In this document: positions 1 to 11,525 of the stretch, one piece after another
Layout of the letters: each line of letters starts with the position of its first letter
Numbering within the stretch: position 1 is the stretch's first letter
Source of the DNA: Blasia pusilla
Lineage: Eukaryota
Direction of reading: 5' to 3'
NCBI GenBank assembly: GCA_050084515.1
Contig: CM114271.1
Location: forward strand, 35,030,001 to 35,094,000
Length of the DNA stretch: 64,000 bases
Position numbers and translations under genes: made by a program
Notes under the pieces: model-generated
What the model saw: the letters and a program-made list of their open reading frames with translations, nothing else
What the model was told of the DNA's origin: nothing
Databases searched by the model: none

Positions 1-399
1 ATTCTAACCCCTTTCAATCAATTGATTATAAAAGGGCTTAATTGATTGCAACTTACAAGAGCTTTCACTTTGAGAATTTACACCAAATCAAGTTTTTATA
101 GCATTGTCTTTAAGGCAACCTCTTATACTCATCAAGCTTGTTTGCATTTATTGGGAATATGTCTTATTTCAAATCCTCTTATTCTTCCATTAATCTTTTG
201 TGAATTATATTCTAAACTTCACTACAGTTTTTGCCTCGGACTTCCTCATCCTTCTCTTCTAGGTATGCCTAACTATGTATGAAAGGAGCCTATTATTACC
301 AAGGATATCAATATTCTTTGATGTGCACATGGTCGAGAACGAACGATGATCCATGATTTGATTAGAGAGGCAATATCATCACTGGCTCGTACGATTCCA

Positions 400-1075
400 C
401 GAAAACGGACATGTGCATGAAGATGCCCAATGGGTCCCCCTCTTGGGCTCAAGACGCGAGAACGGGTGCAAGCTTAGATTAAGGAAGGAGGGCAAGAATC
501 GGCCGGCACGAAGTCCACACAAGCCCGCGTAGGGCGAGCTTGGGCCCGAGTGAGGCGGGTTGTGGTCTGCGAAGGGTGGGTTGCGGTCCCGAGTCTGCCC
601 TACGCGGGCCTATTGCAAGCCAACGCGACTTAAGGCACGCCGGTACGGACTACAAAATGGGCGACGGGTGCTTAGACTGGGTGCGAGCTCGCCGAGCCAG
701 CCTACAACCAGCCTGTGCTCTGTGTGTGCCCCTCTTGCGTCTAGCCCGCACCCCTCCTATGCGGGCTAGATGCTGGATGCGAGTCCTCACAGCCAATGCA
801 GAACAAACGCGGGCCAAGAAAAAAGAAAAGAAAAAGGGTCTAGCTTGTGCGAGCTAGGATTGCAGGAAGGATGCAATGTAGGATCTAGAGTGGGGAGGGC
901 AGGTTCGAGTGCGAGATGTGAGCGGTTGGGCCCGCACGGACATGTGCGTCCCTAGGACAGACATAAGTCCGCATGCGACCTTGGGATACTCGCGCCTGCA
1001 TAGACATGTCCATCCTAGGGACAAACCTAAGTTTGCGCACATGGACATGTCTAATGGTTGGTCACATGTAAATGG
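400..1075. repeat. Dispersed non-coding repeat rich in GACATGTC/CCCTAGG motifs (MITE-like or TE subterminal); related copies at ~23560-23950 (inverted) and ~38350-38700
   Basis: 931-970 (cccgcacggacatgtgcgtccctaggacagacataagtcc) resembles the reverse complement of 23600-23641 and shares gtccctaggacagaca with 38394-38409; no credible ORF. Confidence 0.45.
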
Positions 1076-3199
1076 ACCAAGAGCAAGGTCATTATCCAAA
1101 ATTCCACTATTTGGATTTGCAGTAATTCTATAAATAAAATATCACGTTCAATTTTCAAGGTATTGCATTTTCATGATACAAAATATCTTATCCCTAATAA
1201 ACCCTTTCATAAAAAAATCCACCATTTTTTAATTTCCATCCCTCTAATTTGAGTGAAAGAAAAGAACTTCCGAACCTGAAATGCACGATTTTGGACGCGT
1301 GGGACCTATCGGCCGCGGTCATTCGCCAGAATGCAGGAAGTCGGGAAAAGACAGGCATCTGGAAAAGTATCTCGGCGGAGATCTTTTCCCGGACAGGGAG
1401 CAGACACAGTCTCGTGACGCGGAAGTAAGCCTAGAACATTCGGTGTACCTGCCCTATGTGTGTGAGCCTTTTGGCGACGTAACGGAAATGACCACTTCTG
1501 AAGTCGCCTTGCGTGCGTCTAACGAGCACGAGGAGGGAAGTGGCGAATAACAGTTTGTGACGTGCGGGAAGGAGGGAAAAAAAAAAAAGAAAAAAAAAAA
1601 GGAAGGAGGGAAACGGATCTAAACGTGTCCTCTCCCTCGGGACTCGCGCGAAGCTCATGCGTGCGGGAAATCGTCGAGAATCGAGTTATGACCAAATCTA
1701 ACGAGGGAGGGAGGGGTGACGATCATGAGGAGTGTCGCACCATTATGACACCGACGGGCAGACAGTAGTACTTCACTTATCCTCTTGTTTTCAAGAATCC
1801 AATTTCTCCCTCGCTCAGATCGGTGGAGTCCGGTGAACGTCAGGAGGAGGAGGAGGAGGAGGAGGAGGGGAAGACAGGAGCTTCTAAGATACCCGCTTCA
1901 GTCTCCAGATGTCCCGAGGGAGCGCATTCGGCAGCCTCGGCGTTGGGGACCGGGTCAGGGCGATCGTGATTCGTGATGTGATACCGTCAACGAAGTGCAT
2001 TGGAATCTGTACTGGCACTTCTTCGTGGGAATGTGACATCCGACGCTGATGCGTCCACCCATCCATCCATTCATCTTCTGTCTTCGGCAGCGATTGATAA
2101 GTAGTTGTTGTTCCTTCGTCAGTAGGTTGGTACTGGCATCCCCATCAATGAGACCGCCAAAACCTGTACATCCTGCACTCTGCGATCATGTAAATCCTTT
2201 CGACACTGGACATATCCAGTGGTTCTGCAGCGGTTCGTTGCTTTTCCTCTCTCTATGATTCTATCTCGCTGTTTCCGTTCCTCTGTCTGCTGAATGGAAT
2301 AGACCGGAAGATGGAGGACGTAATTATGATGAAACAACGTCTCTCTAGTCCGATCGAATCAGCTGATGGTCGGGTAGAGGCGTAGTCTGGCTACTGGGAG
2401 ACATTAAGGCTACCAGAGTGGTCTTCGCGGTCTGTCGGACTGGCTGCCGGTCCGGGTGGGGCAGCAGTTAGCGAGTGCGTTCGTTTATCAAACGAAACCG
2501 TCGAGAGTTTGCAACGCACATCAACGGATCGCGTTCGCTCGTGGGTCGAAGTGAGATCTAAATGCTCAGAGAGTTATCCCCTGGAAAATCGACTGGAAGT
2601 GGCTTCCATGAATGTCAGGTGAAATATCACAAATTCGAGGCCGTGCCTTCTAGATCGCCTTCTACTTGCCTTGTAGTAGCGGTCACTGAGATGGAAAACA
2701 CGGTGAACGCCATTACCCCGGGGATGGATTAGTTTACCCAGCCTGTGGCCTGTTGGCTCGCAGAACATTCTTTCTCTTCAATTGATCCTTAAGTGTGTGG
2801 CAGAGACAAATCCCAGCTCTCATCACTGTCTTAGGATATAACACCGAAAGCGTGGACTGGTTTATCCAACAGACCATCGCTTCAGCTGGACGAGCGGACG
2901 ATGCCCACCCCCACTTTTGTAACATCTAAGTTCTACCAAGAAAAGAAAGATGCACTTCGATAAAAACGAGTGATGGAAAACCCATCGGAAGTACAAAAGA
3001 GGGGGACTCAAAGAGTCAAAACCTGAAGGCCATAACACGACCAGAAAAGGAAGAAGGGGGCATTCCCCCTAACGATTTAAACTCACCAACAGCAGAGACA
3101 ATATCAGCAACAACAAGAGAGCTATGACTACTACTAAGTGGGCCTCTAGCGGCGTCTCCCAGCTGAGCCCGCGCAAAATCCCATTGGCCGGCACGCTGT

Positions 3200-4700
3200 A
3201 ACGCTATGGAGACCGCTGCCTACAATACAGAATCCAGCTAAGGACAACCCTCGAGTGGAGATGATGGGCGCATCCGAAAGAACGATCGAACCTCTCCCCC
3301 ATAGCCCCATACATCTCTGGCCTGGGGATGAAGATGTGTCCCCGTAGTCGTAGAGAGTAGCCGTCTCCTCCTTGTAGCATTCGGGCCTTGGGCCACCACG
3401 CAGCTCGGAACTACGCCCGCCACAACCACCTCAATTCACGTGTCATGTAGAGATCGGCATCAGAGTAGTAGAGCACATGGAAGCCACTCTCCGACCAATA
3501 CTGAACATGATATCCCAGCATCGTGAGTGGCTATCCTCTCACCCCAATCGAGCGTGCCAAATGCACACCAAGTGGATCCAGACACTCGCATGTGTCGAAC
3601 CAACCGGGTGATGGTTGGGGAGGCCCAAGCGGAACCGCATCGCTGTGGTATAGGTAAGTGGTGCGATACGGAAAGCCTGGAGAAGGGGGCGCGCCCCTAC
3701 CAAGAGCGAGCGTATCAGCGGGGTGTACGGATCAGTTTTCACCAGCTGACCGACGCTAGATTCTGTGTCTTTCCTCCAGCCGTAAGAGTAGCGTCTCCTA
3801 CCGCAGCTCGGAACTCTGATCTCGAATTAATGGCTGTAGGGCGCTCCCGGTCTCTCCAGTCAAGATAGATACTTCCGGGTGAAGAGCAGATTAGGGACAT
3901 GGTCCTCCAAGGCTTATGCCGAGTGCGATGCATGAAATGTGGGAGTGAAGGCAATTGAAGGCAGCTTCAGGGCCGGGGACTTAGCCAGGGATTCCGGTTT
4001 CCACGATGAAACTTGGATCGCCGGATCTAGGTTGGACATGAAAGCATATGCAGGGTACGTATCTACAAAGAAAATGTCCAGGCATCTGGATGCAAGAGTG
4101 GGCGTGCCATCTGGAAACGTCCCCGGGCAGTTGTTAGTCCCCGGGAGTCTCATGGCCAAGGTAAAGGCGAAGACTCCATTCGTTACATCTGGTCTCTAGT
4201 TGTCCTACTCTCGAAAATGGAATACGTATATTCTTTCGAGTTACACCATTTAACCTGCCACTCGCAGGAGTAGAGACAAGTTCCTTAATCTTTCGCGCAC
4301 AACGCACTAGGCCAAAGACATTCGCTTCGATGTTGGATCGGTAGCAAGTTTAATTGTCGAAGGGATGCACAATTTTAAAAGAATTCTTAGATTTTTGTTA
4401 ACATGGCAGGTGAATCAGTATCTTGGGAAACTAGGGTGGTCAGGAGAAAACCCTGGCCCTGACTTAACAATCCTCGCTTCTACGGAACCCAAAACGGTAT
4501 TGGAATGTGATTGACGAGCTGGTGAAGAGGAATCGAGGATCAAATAATCAAAAAGTCCAATGAATACAGTCATCTTCCGATGTATGGATCCTACTCCGCC
4601 CCAATGGTTCATCTCAACAGCAACGTCCGGGGAGAACCGGCGTTACGTGTTGAGCTGGCCGGTAGAATTTGAGAATTGCCGAATCAGGTCGTAAGTTACC
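3200..4700 (-). mobile_element. Highly degenerate non-LTR retrotransposon with restriction-like endonuclease (CRE/R2-type), RT and C-terminal region
   Basis: Minus strand reads AMRFRLGLP..., then across frameshifts CEC-LDPLGVHL...G-ERIATHD (CCHC knuckle, ~3530-3650) and FIP..EMYGAMG (~3295-3335, RLE-type motif); weaker RT-like remnants at 4050-4350. Confidence 0.5.
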
Positions 4701-7517
4701 GGCCAAAAACCGAGGGTTCAGGGAGGGTGTCCTTCGTATTCGTATCTGTTTAGCCGGCTGGAATGAAGAAAACTTTGAAAATTGCCGCTCGGGTTTGTAG
4801 AGACCGGAAATGTACCGGTTGTCACGGGAAAACTCCCCGGACCCTGCTCAACAGGTCAAAAGGCCCACCCAAGAACTTCGTCGACTTTCACGAAAGCTGA
4901 TGCAACCAGTGAATTGCGTACGCATATTCTCTTACGAACCTTCCGCCCATGCTCCTAATCTTCTCCACCTTCCATCCAGGCCTAGCAAAGGCTACGATTA
5001 CTACGTACTGCATTGTCTGTTTGACCAGCAGGTGGACTTCAATCCAGCATCAGTTTTACGTACAGACAGCGAGTCTCTGGTCCTGGCCAAACTCTAACGG
5101 AGGAGATGAAACTTTGCAGAGGCTTCGAGATCTCACCACCGCATCATCTCTTGGTCGGAGTGATGGTGACCCAAGTTCTGCCAAAAGTAGGTAGAACAAC
5201 AAAGTCCTGTGGTGTTTTATTCTCTCCTCTCGTTGGTATCTTGCTGGCCTCTTTTGGCGGAAAAAAGTGCCAGCAATACACCAACTATGTCCATAGTAAT
5301 GGGGAAACCACCAGTGACTGCATCGGTCTTTCGAGCTCCATGGAGGCCGACCACCAGTGTCGGACCCGGATGCAACTGTCACCAGTGGTACAAGTTAAAA
5401 GCAGACGTACGGTTCAAAAGCCTTTGTGTGTGTGTGTGTGTACCTGCCTTGGGACTACACAGGTTCTTTAATTCCAGAGTAGCACAAATGGTCTCGCCAT
5501 CCGAACTTCGGGAAAAAAAGGAGCGTACTTCAACTTTCCCTGAAGATGGTCAGACGGTCGTGAACCTGAGAAATCTTTTATCGTCCGAGCCCAGTGCCCG
5601 GGAGAACAGATAGTCAAACTATCGGCGCATCGACCCTCCTTCAGCAGTTCGCTGTGCTGTGCTTCTCTCTCCTTCCTACTACGGCGGCACTTTTGTAGAA
5701 GACCGCATGAAATCCGGAGCAGAAGTGTCGTCGTGCGTCTGCCCCTCAGAATCCTCTCGGACGAGATGAATCTTTGTGGAAGTATCCTACCAACGCATGT
5801 GTCTCCAGTAAAGTTCTAGTCCCCACCAACATTTGCGGAGCCCATCGCTGCGGCACATAACTACCTGAAAATCTAAACGCGGAGGAGATGAAGACTACTG
5901 GCGTGCTTTGCGGGGGAACGTCTTACAACCAGTTGTGGACCTGACAGTCGTCGTCCATGCATTCTCTTCTCTGCATATTTCTTGGGACTGATTGCCATCG
6001 CGCATGCGTCCCGGGTTCAAACGACGAGAAAAATCGTCACCCTGAGCCGCCGGTGGTAAGCCCTGGAGCGATTTCCTCCATGATTGGAAGGCGAACGAGC
6101 GACCAGCTGTGGACCCCTCCCACTCAATCTCTCTTTCCTCCTCTTGACTGAGGCTCTCCACGCGACAGCGGAATGCGAGGCGACTCCCAGAGGTGCGACC
6201 AATACTCCAAGCAACGTACTAGTTGGGGAACGGATGGACCCGAATTACAGTCGGCTGCTGTTTCTAAGAAAGTTCCGGACCTCCGCTACGATTCCACAGC
6301 CTCCGCCAGATTTGGGGGGAATCGACTGATCCAGATTCCAGCAAGGGCATATATGCTATGCTATGCCTTTTAGTCTGTTGTTGAGAGAGGGGCTGAAGTC
6401 ACGAGTCACAAACAAACGGCGGAAGCATTTGTGAAGTCCAATTACTGCTAATCGACCGTCGGACTCCAGAGAACTGTTTTGTTTTCTTACGCCTGTCGCT
6501 CGCAAAACCAACAGAAAGATAGCTGTTGGACGGAGTTGGAGCGCCGCCGTACTGGGGACAGACAGATGTGAGGAGCCCATGTGCCAGTGCCGGTGAACTA
6601 ATCTAATCTGGGCATGCATGATACATCCATCGCTCGCCGGTACGTGGAATTATTAGAAACCGCAACCTCTTCCAGCTCTAATAATCTCTCCCTAATCATG
6701 AATGTCGGCCTCCGTCCGTCCCTCCCGCTCTCTCGCTTCTTTATTTCCCGCTTCCTTTCCCCTCCCATTCTTTCGTTTCTTTCGTTAGTTTCTTTCTGTT
6801 CTCACGCCCTTCTCCCATCCCGCCGCAGCTTTCGCATGCAGTGGACAATGGCATTCTCAGAAATTGACCGTTGGATGCTTCCATCGAACGGTTGCAAAAA
6901 GTGAACAAAAGCGTTGGATTAAGACATATTTATTACTGGAGTCTCTCCCTTAACCAGAGTACGTCCGTGGAGACAGAACTCTGACAGTTGGCGAATCTCA
7001 GGACCTGCCCTGCCCTGCCCTGCCTGCTCGTCCCCCCTATTTATGCCCTGCCCCCCTCCGCTCCCTACACTACAGGCCACGCAAACCTGCGCTGTCCGGT
7101 TATTGCTGAACTGCGTGGGTCAGTTCGTTTCATGGGGCGGAGCTTGTGATCGCAACACTCACAGACACCACGGGGCCGACGTCGGGCGGGGAGAAGTCTG
7201 TCGATTGATGAGGGTGGTGCGGCAAAGGAGGGAAGGAGAGAGAGTGAGTGAAAGAAGGGGGAGGGGGGACGATCCATGCGGGCGGGAAGAGATGACAGGC
7301 GAGGGTGCGAAGGGATTCGAAGTGCATGCGTGAATCACTGCGGGAAATTTGATAGGCGGGTTTCCAAGAGACATCGGGGATTGAGTGGGTGAGGTGTGTG
7401 AGAGAGTCGCGAATTTGAGATTCGCCGAGTCCATGAGTCTGCCCACGGGAATCTAGAGTGCATAGATGTAGCCAGCTGTCTCGTCATCCGCAGCTGAAAG
7501 GCAGGTCACAGAAGAAA

Positions 7518-7529
7518 CCACGTGACGTG
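7518..7529. promoter_or_regulatory. Tandem G-box/ACGT elements (CCACGTGACGTG) upstream of the F-box gene
   Basis: Motif match only, ~125 bp before the ATG. Confidence 0.3.
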
Positions 7530-7652
7530 AGTGATGGAGCATTCCGTAGAGAGTTGAGTCCAGATTTCATTTCCTCTTCCCTCACTCTTCTCGCTGGGCG
7601 CCGGTGACAGCTTTGCGAGGTCTTCCTGGTGCCATCCATTTTTCGTTTCGAT

Positions 7653-8807
7653 ATGGATCATCCGAGAAGCCCTTATCACATGCATGAAGCTGTGTGGAGT
7701 AGATTGCCGGAAGACCTCATGCAGAGAGTCCTTGCATTCTTGCCGATACCCGATCTTCTCAGGTTCCGTTGCGTGTGCAAATCGTGGGACTCGTCACTGT
7801 CTTCCACAAGATCTTTCGACATTTCCAGCGCCGCAGCTGCTTCTCATCTCGAATCTACGCCACAGTCGACGTACCTTCTGTGCTTTATGTCAGTGCTTTC
7901 ATATCCCATCATACACGTTTTTAACGTCTCACTGCGTAAATGGGATGAGCTCTCTTTGAGTTTCTTGCCAAAACTGGATGATGTCTCCATAATCAAGTCC
8001 GCCGGAGGTCTTCTGTACCTCAAAGGTAGAGCGGGACATCGCGGCGACACCGTCTTCCTGACCTGCAACCCGCTGACGAAAACATGGAAAGAACTGCCGT
8101 CCGTTTTCTCAGAGAATGAGAAATATTGGCTGGGAATCTCTAGTCTGACGTCGATGGCTCCGAACTCAGAAGGAGGAGGGTATAGGATTATAGAAGCGGG
8201 ACTCAACGGCTTGACAGACTTGAGGACGAAGATCTATAATTCTGCGACGGAATCGTGGTACTCGTGCGGAAGGTTGCCTTCGACGGTGACGGGATTTGAA
8301 TCTGAGGGAGTCATCGTAAGCAATTGCCTGTATGCTGTCACTTGTTTGCCATACAAAATCCTCAAAATGGAGCTTGATGGGGGCGCGTGGAGTGAATTGT
8401 CTCCTAGCCTCCCCATGTTCGCCGTGTGTCCCCACTTGGTTGAAAGCTTAGGTGACTTGCTCCTGGTGGGAGGATTTGATCCGTGCGGGGAGGAAGGATT
8501 CATCGCAGATTCCACGGAGCTGAAGATTTGGAAGCTGGACTCGTCGAAGATGGAATGGCAGGAGCTTTCTACACTGCCTCAACAACTGCGCGAGAAGTAT
8601 CTGAGCAATCACTGCTTTGATTCGCTGAAATGTGTTTCCCAAGCTTCCTCCATCTACATCGCAAACCTCGATGGATCCCTCGTGCTGGTGTACGACACGC
8701 TGACAAGATCCTGGACTCGGCTTCTCGAATGCCCGTCCCTCACCAATCATCAGTCATGCATAGAGCACATGTTTACCTTTACTCCTTCCCTGCAGTTCGC
8801 GCTCTGA
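7653..8807 (+). CDS. F-box/kelch-repeat (F-box plus beta-propeller) protein, intronless, ~384 aa
   Basis: N-terminal F-box WSRLPEDLMQRVLAFLPIPDLLRFRCVCKSW; plant FBA/kelch motifs SAGGLL, CNPLTKTWKELP, IYNSATESW, LVESLGDLLLVGG, IWKLD..W, VYD....W, C-terminal FTPSL; uninterrupted frame; first ATG at 7653. Confidence 0.93.
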   Translation: MDHPRSPYHMHEAVWSRLPEDLMQRVLAFLPIPDLLRFRCVCKSWDSSLSSTRSFDISSAAAASHLESTPQSTYLLCFMSVLSYPIIHVFNVSLRKWDELSLSFLPKLDDVSIIKSAGGLLYLKGRAGHRGDTVFLTCNPLTKTWKELPSVFSENEKYWLGISSLTSMAPNSEGGGYRIIEAGLNGLTDLRTKIYNSATESWYSCGRLPSTVTGFESEGVIVSNCLYAVTCLPYKILKMELDGGAWSELSPSLPMFAVCPHLVESLGDLLLVGGFDPCGEEGFIADSTELKIWKLDSSKMEWQELSTLPQQLREKYLSNHCFDSLKCVSQASSIYIANLDGSLVLVYDTLTRSWTRLLECPSLTNHQSCIEHMFTFTPSLQFAL

Positions 8808-9803
8808 GCGCTCATTCACCCTTGCCTCCACACGAAAGACTCGCTCCGTCATCGTTACTTCGTCTCCACCAGTGCTTTCAGCTACTCGCTCCAGTCTGTC
8901 CAGAGCTTTTTTTCAGTACAAATTCAATGATTACTTTACTTCAAGTACCGTAATCCAAACTTGTCTTTCGTCGATTTCAATAAGCTGAATTCTAGAGTTG
9001 ATGTTCCAAAACTGTTGACGACATGAAGGTTCGGATGGAAATTGACTTGAGTTGATCGATCGATGAAACTCGTCCCACATTCACGTCCATATACGCAATC
9101 AATCCATCCCTTGACCAGAGTCAAGCATGAGATTAGACAATGCCATATCACTCGAGGTGCTCCAGCACATCAAATGCCATAGCCCAATAGCAGTTGCACA
9201 GTAAGCGTGCTTTGTTTTTCTGTACTCGGTGAATGAATTACTCCAACATTGTACCAATCGAGCAATCAACATACGCCCACCAAACTTCCAAAACATAGTA
9301 CGATATGGGCCATATGGCCGACTACCTTCCGGCCAAACTGACCATCTCGACGAGGATACCTTCTCAGACAAGGAATCTACCGTTGAGGATGAGTGGGAGT
9401 GATGATGAGACCATGAAACCCCCCATCGATTCGATTTCGGTACTGTTGATTCAGAAGGACTGCGGAAATCCTTTGCGAGATATTGGATCATTGAGCACCC
9501 AAATTTGGAACTTTCTCTATCCAATAGCGACTTCATGCAATGTGAATCGACAGGCTGCGAGTGGACCAACCAGATGTTGGAAATCTCATGGATGAGCCAG
9601 ATATCTTTGAGTGGTGACGTTGTCATGCACTCCCACGCATGAAACTGTTCGAAACTAGGAATGTTTGGAAATGGGCCCTTACGTCGTAGTTGACTTCACC
9701 TTTAATTTTATAAAATTTTCTCCTACAATACTCCTATAATCTTTGGTCTCACATGCATTTGTTTTATAAGTGAAATATATTTCCAGGTATTTCCATTTGA
9801 TCT

Positions 9804-9903
9804 TGCTAAAATGCCGTAGCAATGAAAACCATTTGCCACTAAGGTGCCCGTGTTGCTAAAATGGCGTAGCAATGAAAACCATTTGCCACTAAGGTGCCCG
9901 TGC
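9804..9903. repeat. Two-copy ~50-bp tandem duplication
   Basis: tgctaaaatg(c/g)cgtagcaatgaaaaccatttgccactaaggtgcccgtg occurs twice. Confidence 0.85.
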
Positions 9904-10513
9904 GATGCACGGGAGAGATGAAGGGTTTGTTTTTCAACTATAGATGATGAAGTGAGTCGCGAGAAAGAAAGGCTTTTAGAGGATAGAAGATAGAGGCTAC
10001 ATGAGGAATAGGAAGGAACAAAATCAACCCTAAATGAAGAGGAGAAATTAGTAGTAGAATGCAAAATTTTCTTGTTTTTATTGAAAACTAAAGAAAAAAT
10101 TAAAAAGGTTAGAAAAAAGGTTGAAAAAGTTAGAAGAGAATGGTCAAAATTAGGGTGGGAGGAAAATTTGGAGAAAAAATGGTTTAGAGAGGGTTTAGTT
10201 TTATTTTATAAATTTTAAATATAAAAAACCTAAGTTCTGTTGCCCAAACCTAGGCCTAACCTAGTCTACCCAACCCAACCCCTTGTGCCGCAGTTGCCGC
10301 CTCCACACATCCAACAGCGCTCCCCCCTCGACCTAGATCTAACGGCCCAGATTTGGCTCAAAGCTGCCCGCTCAAATCAGCCGCAGCCGCCGCAGATCAT
10401 TCCCTGCTTTCCCCTACCCCCCTCCGCTCACTACAGGCTCCGCCATTCCCCTCACTTCTGCCTTTGTATCTTGGTTCCTAGCTTCTGGCTCCGCCTAGTT
10501 TGTGCTCTTTCGT

Positions 10514-11525
10514 TGTCGCGCCCCTACTCTCCTTGAACGTCAATCTTTAGTGTTGCGGAAGCGTACGTTCAGTAGGTCACGAACTCATTGCCGATCTGCA
10601 CCCAAACACGCACTCTCGTTATCGGGTCTGGGCCAACCAGCGTTCCAACCCACCGAGTCCTCAACTCGACGTCTCATCAAACTCAACCTTCCTTAGTTCC
10701 TAGTTTCCAAAACATGGCAAGTCCTTCAAGACTTGGAACAGACTTCCTGTTTAGTCCAGGGATCTGAAACGGCACTTGCGCGCCTAGCGATCCCACCTGT
10801 TCAACGGTCCTCGGGTGAGTTTCGAACCGAGACCCGAGTAATTGAGTCGCGGGGTGAAATCCAAGAGGAATGTCTAAAATTGCCTCAATGGACTTGGTGC
10901 AGGTTTTCCAACCCAACCCCCAAACTCACATTCCGTTCCATGCCCTTGAGCCGCCACGCGGCGCCCAAAGTGGGGTTTGGGTTCCAAGCACTCTCGGAGA
11001 CCTTCCCCCTTTCCAGTACTTCTGGGGTTCTCCAATAACCCCCCTCCCCCCCCCCCCCTTTGGAAAAAGAGGGTCGGGCCCTTCATTGTGGCCCTCAACC
11101 CGACTCCACTTACAGTCGTTTTCAGATTTTTCTCAGCCGCTGCTTATGCGTTTGCAGCGATCTTTGGTGCGTTTGAACCGGCTCTCCATAAGCTTTCCAA
11201 CTCACCCTTATTTGATCCAAACGCATCTTGGCGCTAAAAGTTATGGCCATAAATACAGTCGGAAACTCTCAAACGCTAGTGGCGTTCCAAATCCGGATCT
11301 TTCCTTTGGCAACCCACTTCCTAGACTCGACTTCTTTCAAGTCTCATTCCGCGTTTGGTCCAGGTTTCTCGGTCGCGACCATAACATCTGAAACGCGACT
11401 CCTCGCTCGCGTCTCGTCTCTTGTCTCCTCTTTGAGACTACTCCAACGCGTAAACCATCTTAGCGTGAGCCCGCTAATGTTCCGATGTTCCGCTTGGCAC
11501 TTGTTTGGTCATGAGGGTCGCGACA
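10514..11525 (-). mobile_element. Solo LTR (1012 bp) related to the chromovirus LTRs at 26128 and 32515
   Basis: TGTCGCG...CGCGACA termini; flanks ttcgt/ctcgt (5-bp TSD with one transition); reverse complement is homologous to the 26128-27157 LTR and nearly identical to 63916-64000. Confidence 0.9.

Noticed and set aside
1842-1869. (GGA)n tract and poly-Arg ORF; possible leader exon of a gene
   Set aside because: Simple microsatellite; no coding exon could be supported, although the region may be a 5' UTR.
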